The position numbers and the translations under genes were made by a program. From Guillardia theta CCMP2712 (lineage: Eukaryota; Protista; Cryptophyta), in the NCBI RefSeq assembly GCF_000315625.1, contig NW_005434653.1, forward strand, positions 39,373 through 103,372: a stretch of DNA of 64,000 bases. The letters are read 5' to 3'. The number at the start of each line of letters is the position of its first letter. Position 1 is the first letter of the stretch. The notes beneath the pieces are model-generated. The model worked only from the letters and a program-made list of their open reading frames with translations. It was not told where the DNA came from and made no database searches. Shown here piece after piece: positions 56,318-64,000 of this stretch.

Positions 56318-58397
56318 TCACCCTGGAGCAGAGGAAATAACATGCAAGCAATGCTCACCTGGCACGTAGTCGTCTAAGGACTTGTCTGGATCTACACGGT
56401 AGAAAGAGTTCGCTACCCGCTCTGAGCAGCAAGTCACGCTAGTCACGGAGCAGCAGCAAGTCAGCTCTGACCTGCTTGGATGTCTCTCAAGGTCAGCGCT
56501 CGATCTCTTATCCCGTATGGCTGCCCGTCCTGGTGCCCCAAAGAGCTCAGGGGAGAAGCGAGGAGAAGACAAGCGAGAGGAGCATGGAAGGAAGCAGAGT
56601 CCCAGGACCAACGACAGAGAGGGCGGACGACAGGAACGACGAGGTCGAAGAGGGAGCTGGAAGTAGCCAGAGATGGGAAGGTATCTCAAGACAAACAGCG
56701 TGCACGACGAAGAGAGGAAGGAACGAAGCAAGAGAGGAGGAGGTAGAGGAATAGCGGAAGTAAAGGAGAGGGGGTGAGAAAGGAGCGAGCGAGGAGCTGG
56801 AGCAGGCATGAAGGGAGGAGGGATTGGAGGGAGAGAGGAGGAGAATTTCTCACCTCTCCGAGATTAGACAAGTAATCCTCCGAGGGGATCTTGACCTGAC
56901 CGCAAGTCACATCCCCGCGCGGGCCCAACGTCAGCTCACGTCAGAGAAGAGTCCCTGAATGTCGTAGTCCGTGTGCAGCCTGTGCTCCCTAGGCGCAGCT
57001 TGCTCTGTGGACTGAGCCTGAAGATGGAGGACAAGTGAGAGGAGGGCCGGAGATAGAGGAGGGAGAGGAGAGGAGAGGAGGGGAGAGGAGAGGAGGGGAG
57101 AGGAGAGGAGAGGAGAAACCTGAGAGAGTGGAGGAAGGAGGGAGGAGAGGAAGGGGAAGCTGGAGGAGAGCAGCAATGGGAGAATCTTACCACGAGATCA
57201 TCGTGAAACAAATTATCTCCAGAGTCATCGTCATGCGGAACGCTCACAAGATCGGAGGAAGACAGGTCCGCGCTCTCTGTCCGCACGTACACATCCTGCC
57301 CATGTATTGCATCCTCTTCCGAGTCTCCTTCGACTGTCAAAAAAAGTGTTGTCACGGCAAAGCAGAGTTTCCGTCTAACTGTAGCTCCTCCTCCTCCTCC
57401 TCCTCCTCCTCCTCCTCCTCCTCCTTCTCGCTCTGAATCTCTTCCTCTTCCTCACCTTTGTCAGGAAACCCTCGGTACGTGTCTGATTCTAATTCGTGCG
57501 CACGCGCCAAAGTTTGAGGGGTCTGAACAAGAAAGTCACATGCACCCCAAACATCATCTCAGCTCTGACCGAGCTCACTAGAGCATCCCTCCCGAGCGGA
57601 AACCACCTCTCCCTCCCCTTCTCCTCCACCGCCGGCTGCTGCACCACCTGACGCATCAATGGATCAGAAGGAGGGCAGGGGGAGAGGGAGAGGGCGAGCT
57701 CAGCTCTGACCTCGGCGTCAGACGTCACCCTATCCAGCAGCTCCGCCAGGTCGTCCATGACTCTGATCGCCCCCTTGTCCTCGCCCTCCATCCCCGTCGG
57801 AACATCCGACCAAGACATCTCCTCATGGTACTTGCTGGGAAGAAAAGGGCGAGCTCGCTCAAACCCTGGCGAACCACTCACGGACATGTCCACCTCATCC
57901 CCCCCCTCCTGCTTCTCCTCGCCCCCTTGCCCTCTCTGCGCCTTGCCCTCCTCCCCGTCATTCTCAGCTGCTGAGCTGTTGACATGGGAGTTCGTCGTTG
58001 CCTCTCTTGTCTGATTCAGTGCTAGCTGCAACATCTTCACATGACTCCCATGCCTCGGCTTGCCCCGGATCAGCTCCTTCAGCGCAAGCTTGCTGCCAGA
58101 TCCTTGAACCAAAGTTTCCCTCCCGATCCCTCCCCCCACTGCAGCATCTGCGCGACGACGCATCGACATCTCAGCTGAAGTCTTCAACGATCGCACGAGC
58201 GAGTGGGCAAGGAACTTAGCAAGCATCCACCTCCTCTCTCCTGATTTCTGCAGCAGAGAGTCTCGTTGCCACCCTGCCACAAGGGACCCTCCGGCACGCT
58301 GCTGCCCAACATTTTTGCCCGCTCTATCGAGGTTCGCTCCTACGACCAACACAGCAACAAGGAGCAGCACAGCAGCGCCAGTGGCTGTCCTCGCCAT
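56318..58397 (-). CDS. Hypothetical secreted or membrane-anchored protein, multi-exon
   Basis: MARTATGAAVLLLVAVLVVGA and a long first exon. Downstream exons SEEDAIHGQDVYVRTES..., IPSEDYLSNLGE and RVANSFYRVDPDKSLDDYVPG*. Confidence 0.7.
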
Positions 58398-59136
58398 GGA
58401 GCGTTTTGTCCTTGCGGGACATTTCGCTACAACGATGCTCCTGTCCCCCACCAAGCACTCGGGCAAGAGAGGAATGGAATGATCTCCCAGGATCATCGTG
58501 CAGGTCACTTGGACGACGAGAACTCATGCAGTGGGCAAGACATCTGCGCCGCAATGTCACGTCAAAAACATGCGAAGGTTGACGCAGACAATTGTAACAA
58601 GACAACGAGGTTATCAAGCAGTATTCGTACGGCCGACAACACTTTTTTCTTGAAGCTCGTCATTTACATCCCTCCCATTCTTGCTTGTTCCTCTCTCCAT
58701 GAGCCTCTTTCACGCCTTCATCTTCACTTCCAGCACCTCTTCCTCCTCTCCTTCTCTTCTCGTCCTCCTTCACTTCCTTTTCTTTCTCCTCCCTTTATCA
58801 CCATCATCATCTCTCTTCCCTTCATCTTCATCTTCATCTTCCTCTTCTCTACTCCTCCCTCTCTTTCATCTCCCCGTCGCTCTCCGTGAAATCTTCGTTA
58901 GTTTCGCCATACAATGCCCGAATTAGCGACTACCCCTATACCCCACCCCATGAATTATCCTCGTTTCGACCGGTGAGTAATTGCGATGAACGGGTACTAT
59001 TCAAATGTCTGAAGGGGGTAGTACGAACAACAGTATCGGTTACTGTACGTTACAATTGTAACGTATCGATTTGTGTAACCGCCCACGCAAGCGCGCTCTA
59101 ATGATTCTAGAAGGGCCCACACGCGGCAAGGCGGCG

Positions 59137-61614
59137 ATGGAGGAGAGGAGGAGGCAGAGGCAAGGGAAGATGATGAGGATGATGCTCTCCATCCTCCTCC
59201 TCCCTCTTGCCTCCATGTCTCAGACTCTTCCTTGCGTCTCGACCAGACTGCGCCAGGCTCCTGTCCTGCGCGATATGCTCGGAGGTGAGGATTCGCCTGC
59301 GATGAGCGAGAAACCGGTCGAATTCATGAGGCATGCGCTTCATGACGGATCGATCGCGGACCCTGACTGCTTCTCCACCTTCCCCACCTGATCGTCCTGA
59401 TCGCGTTGTGACTTGCTTCGCAGAAACGGGATCGTGCACGCATGGATCTTTGTTGCTATTGGAAGACTGGAACAAACGTCTTTCGCATCCTTGGCTCCTG
59501 AAACTCAGAGGAGGAGGAGGAGGAGGGAAGGACAAGGCAACTCGTACCCCTGAGGTGAACACCCATAGAAGATGTTTGCTGTTGACTGTGAGACGCAGAG
59601 CAAAGGAGCAGCCGGACGTTCCAACAACCGATCCCCGTCCAGTTCCCTCCAGTCAGAAAGTGCTTCTCTCATCGAGTCCACGAGCGAGACTGAAGAGAGC
59701 TCGGGAGGAGACGAGGACAGCGACCATGCTGCGGGCATGGACGAGGTCGGTGCCTTCACCTAGGAGCGGATTCTGTGCATGACAGCCTGGCTAGGAGCAA
59801 CTTCGATCCAAGAAGCAGAAGCTGGAAGATGAGCTGAGAGAACTCGAGGACTGGTGACATGCCCTGAGCCTCTTGGTTGGTGCCATGACAGCTCTGCTGC
59901 ATTGCCAGGGAGAAGCGTCTGAACGAACAGAAGGGGAGCGGCAAGGGAGGGCAAGGCGGAAAGAAAAAGGTGTGGGAGACATGCTTGTCTCTGTGATGCC
60001 AGTCGGATGGCGTCCGCTGCTGGCTGACACGAGTGATTACGGCAGGAGAAGCACAAGGGCAGCGCTCGGAAACGAGGGTCTGGCGAGGTGAGGGCCTGCT
60101 GAGCCTGCGATGTTTGTGCATGCTCACCTGCTGGTAGCAGGAATCGTCCGACTCGGACGACAGAGAATCTTCAGAAGTGTCTGACAGTGACCCGACCAGC
60201 GAAGAAAGATCCAGCAGCGAGTCCAGTGAGAGGAACAGGAAGTCCCAGGTGAGAGGATGGGATTACTCGACGTGATTGCTGACCAAGAGAAGGGAAAAAC
60301 GGGAAGGAAGCCAGCGAAACGGTCCAACGATGACCGATCGAGAACTTCAAGGGACACGCTGAGCAAGAAATCAAGTGATCGCAAGTCCAGTGAAAGGAAG
60401 GGAGACGACGAAAAGCGCAAACATTCTGAGCTGCATCAATCATCCAAGAAGAAGCGAAATCATCCAGGGGACTCTAGTGAAGGTTCTGACGAGTCTGAGT
60501 CGATGTCAAGTGAGTTTGATGGGAGCGAAAGCTCCAGCGCAAGTGCAAGGAGCCGCAACTTGAAAAGGTTAAGGACAAGTGGTGTCGAGGAAAACCAGCA
60601 CCCATCAGCATCCAAGCGAAATTCAACCAAGAAGAAGAGGCAAGAGGGGAAGAGAGGAAGGGGGTACCATGAGGATACCAGCGAGGAAACTGATAGTGAT
60701 GTCGGTGAGAGAAAGAAAAGCACTTCCGGCCATGGACGAGGATCTGCTACGAGCTCAAGAAGGAACAAAGGGCTCTCAACATCCAAATCCCGCCCCAAAC
60801 GTCATGAGAGGGAAGAAAGTTCAGAGTTGAGCGAGGAGAGCAGGTCAAGTGAAGAAGAATCGGGGTCATCCAACGATAGCAGCAACTCGGACGAAGATGA
60901 CAGCGAATCATCGGGGGAGACACGGCGGCAATCCAAGAGGTCCAGAGAATCCGGAAAGAAGTTGGCGGTGCGGAAGAGCAACGTCCAGTCTTCATCAGAA
61001 GAACGAGGAGGTAGTGAAAGCGAGTCAGGAAGGAGCGAGAGCGAGTCTTTGAAAGAGAGGGAGAATCGGGGATCGAAGAGAAACCGCGGACATTCGAAGA
61101 AGGATGACAGCGCGTCAAATGATGACAGCAGCACGAGCTCATCTAGGATGCAGGATGATGATGATGAGGAGGACGAGGAGAGCCGGTCCAGGAGCGGGAG
61201 CAGCAGATCGAGTGAAGATGAGAGCGGGTCTAAGGAAGATCGCAGCAGTTCATCATCAGCATCGAGCCGGTCGGACAAGAACAGGAGCAGCTCATCCGAA
61301 GACGAGGAGAGCAAGTCCAGGAGCGGGAGCAGCGGGTCAGGAAGCAACGAGTCGAAGGAGGAGACTGATTCCAAGGACGACGAGGACGAGGACGAGGACG
61401 AGGAGGACGAGGAGGAGAGCCGGTCCAGGAGCGGGAGCAGCAGATCGAGTGAAGATGAGGGCGGGTCTAAGGAAGATCGCAGCAGTTCATCATCAGCATC
61501 GAGCCGGTCGGACAAGAACAGGAGCAGCTCATCCGAAGACGAGGAGAGCCGGTCCAGGAGCGGGAGCAGCGGGTCAGGAAGCAACGAGTCGAAGGAGGAG
61601 ACTGATTCCAAGGA

Positions 61615-61666
<52 letters not shown>

Positions 61667-62325
61667 GAGAGCCGGTCCAGGAGCGGGAGCAGCAGATCGA
61701 GTGAAGATGAGAGCGGATCTAAGGAAGATCGCAGCAGTTCATCATCAGCATCGAGCCGGTCGGACAAGAACAGGAGCAGCTCATCCGAAGACGAGGAGAG
61801 CCGGTCCAGGAGCGGGAGCAGCGGGTCAGGAAGCAACGAGTCGAAGGAGGAGACTGATTCCAAGGACGACGAGGACGAGGACGAGGACGAGGAGGACGAG
61901 GCGGTCCAGGAGCGGGAGCAGCAGATCGAGTGAAGATGAGAGCGGGTCTAAGGAAGATCGCAGCAGTTCATCATCAGCATCGAGCCGGTCGGACAAGAAC
62001 AGGAGCAGCTCATCCGAAGACGAGGAGAGCCGGTCCAGGAGCGGGAGCAGCGGGTCAGGAAGCAACGAGTCGAAGGAGGAGACTGATTCCAAGGACGAGG
62101 ACGAGGACGAGGACGAGGAGGACGAGGAGGAGAGCCGGTCCAGGAGCGGGAGCAGCAGGTCGAGTGAAGATGAGGGCGGGTCTAAGGAAGATCGCAGCAG
62201 TTCATCATCAGCATCGAGCCGGTCGGACAAGAACAGGAGCAGCTCATCCGAAGACGAGGAGAGCAAGTCCAGGAGCGGGAGCAGCGGGTCAGGAAGCAAC
62301 GAGTCGAAGGAGGAGACTGATTCCA

Positions 62326-62366
<41 letters not shown>

Positions 62367-62414
62367 AAGGAGGAGGATGGGGAAGAGAGCAGCAGCGAGT
62401 CGTCAAGCAAATAA
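59137..62414 (+). CDS. Signal peptide + LKLRGG leader, Ser/Asp/Glu/Arg-rich low-complexity repeat protein; frameshift at ~61901
   Basis: Phase-consistent exons MMRMMLSILLLPLASMS...DMLG-ETGSC...WLLKLRGGGGG...TPE-SKGAAG... lead into ORF 60257-61933. The same peptide repeat resumes in another frame up to 62414. Confidence 0.75.
61178..62400 (+). repeat. Coding tandem repeat, five ~230-250-bp units (~79 aa each)
   Basis: Units start at ~61178, 61415, 61667, 61901 and 62130. Unit length varies mainly in the (GAGGAC)n tract. Confidence 0.95.
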
Positions 62415-62727
62415 GTCGAAAAAGTAGTTTGAATCCAGATGTTATCATGAGAAGGAGGAGAGCAGGTCTAGCGGCGATGTGGGCGAGTCAAGATTCTGAG
62501 AACTCGAGGATGATGACAAAGAGAGACTCTAGAACTGCTAGTCACGGAGCATGGAGCGACTGAGATAAGTCGGAGAACAAGGAGGAGGATAGATGATCCG
62601 ATCACTTGCGAGGACCTGGGGAGGTTGTGGTGTTGAGTGAGAGGGCGGGCGGGAGGAGCGGGAGGAGAGGAAGGGCAGAGACAGAATCAGCTAAGCTTCT
62701 GACGCCTTCATTGAATATTCTTGCTTC

Positions 62728-64000
62728 TCAATCCACGTGCTTCCCTTGGTAGTTGTCGGGAAGTCCGAAAGGAGGAGACACGCGGTCTGCTAGAATGTCA
62801 AGAAACCTGTCCCTGGCCCTCAACCGGCCCTCGCTCCCCCTGATATGCTTTCCTCCTCTCTTCCTCTGATTCCCTTCCTCTCTTCTCCTTCTCCTCTTTG
62901 CGCCTCATCTCGCTCGCCTCTCCTTCCCCTCCCTCCCTCCCTCTTCCTTACCTGCATGTCTCCAGATTCTCACAATCCACTTCTCGTCCCTAGAAAGCAT
63001 CAGGGCAGGTGCGGGAATGGAAAAGAGGATGTGAAGGTGCGGGGGAGGATGAGGAAGGTAAAAACTCACATGGCCTCGCATCCTTCGTGCTCTACGCCTG
63101 CGCAGCAAACTCAGACTCATGAGAAAGAGCAGTAAGAGGAAGGGAAAGGACCAAGTGAGGAGGGAGGAGGGAGCAGGGCAGAGGGAGCAGGGCGGACGGA
63201 GGAGGGGAGGGGGAGAGGCTTGCGGGATGGGGAGGAGGGGAACGAGTCTCTTACGCTCATCAAATTCTCCGGTTGCTGTAGCAGGGAAGAAAAGTAGTCC
63301 TTGACCCTTCTTGGGACTGACCTGCTCCAACATTAAATCTGCTCCTCCTCTCCTCCGCCTCCTCACCTCCTCTTCCAACCCGCCCTTTTACTCCTTTACC
63401 CTTTTCTTCTTACTCTTCCTCATTTTCTTCTTCCTCTTCCTCCGCCTCCTCCTCCTCTTCAACCCCGATCCCCATCCATTTCTCTTTACGCTACTCCTCT
63501 GCCTCCCCGTCAACCCTCCACCACTGACCTTGACTCCAAGCTTCCCGAAGGCAGTTTCACCTCCTTGCGTCGAGTCGCTGAGATACACCTGAGACAGCGA
63601 GCACAAGGTGAAGAATCAGCGAAGAGATCGAGAAGGCGGAGGAGGCGAAGAGGACGAGAAAGCAAGTCATAACCAACATGAGAAACATTATCAAGCTATA
63701 ACAGATGTAACAAACATTATCAAGTCACAACAATCGTTAGATACATGATCAAGTCATAATAGTCTTTTTCTTGGTTTCATCTACCAGGAGGGTCGCGAGG
63801 GTCTGCCCTCCCCTCGTCGCGTCTTCTACTTCCGCTCCTCGATTAGCGTCGAAGTGAGGAGCAAGAGACTGAAGCAAAGATCCGTGAGATGCGACATGCA
63901 TAAAGGAGGAGGGAATGAGGGAGAGGAGATGAGGAGGGAGGAGGGAGGAGGGAGGAGGGAGGAGGGGGAGGGAGGGAGGGGGAGGGGAGGGGGAGGGAGG
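62728..64000 (-). CDS. Prolyl 4-hydroxylase-like 2OG-Fe(II) oxygenase, 3' part (5' end outside the window)
   Basis: Spliced VYLSDSTQGGETAFGKLGVK-VSPKKGQGLLFFPATATGEFDE-RVEHEGCEAM-DEKWIVRIWRHA-DRVSPPFGLPD...*. Confidence 0.88.

Noticed and set aside
60802-61863. Antisense and alternative-frame long ORFs over the S/D/E repeat and other GC-rich exons
   Set aside because: Shadow ORFs of the coding strand.

Overview
Eukaryotic nuclear DNA, gene-dense and intron-rich. Most introns are ~45-55 nt GT-AG; others are inflated by microsatellites. There are two 100-N assembly gaps. The sequence style strongly resembles a cryptophyte alga such as Guillardia theta, but this is my inference and is not proven from the window. 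About 22 genes can be reconstructed by manual splicing: a zf-4CXXC_R1 zinc finger, an SDR, ACBP-ankyrin, an RluA/RPUSD2 pseudouridine synthase, an SGNH/PC-esterase, three adjacent membrane-anchored K/E/Q-rich proteins, a membrane DnaJ protein, an ABHD1/3-type hydrolase, a TPR protein, a polytopic membrane protein, BTB-BACK-Kelch, two 2OG-Fe(II) oxygenases, a Ser/Asp/Glu repeat protein and several hypothetical proteins. The most interesting signals are: (1) three unrelated genes whose N-termini are signal peptide + linker + LRGG, mimicking the ubiquitin C-terminus; (2) an unrecognised ~90-aa microprotein family with two identical head-to-head copies in a 497-bp inverted repeat plus a diverged third copy; (3) recurring non-coding islands built from a limited palindromic vocabulary, lying upstream of gene starts and not between convergent 3' ends; and (4) an array of three intronless genes, each headed by such an island. 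No rRNA, tRNA, CRISPR or recognisable transposase was found. Exon boundaries were inferred by eye, so gene ends are approximate.
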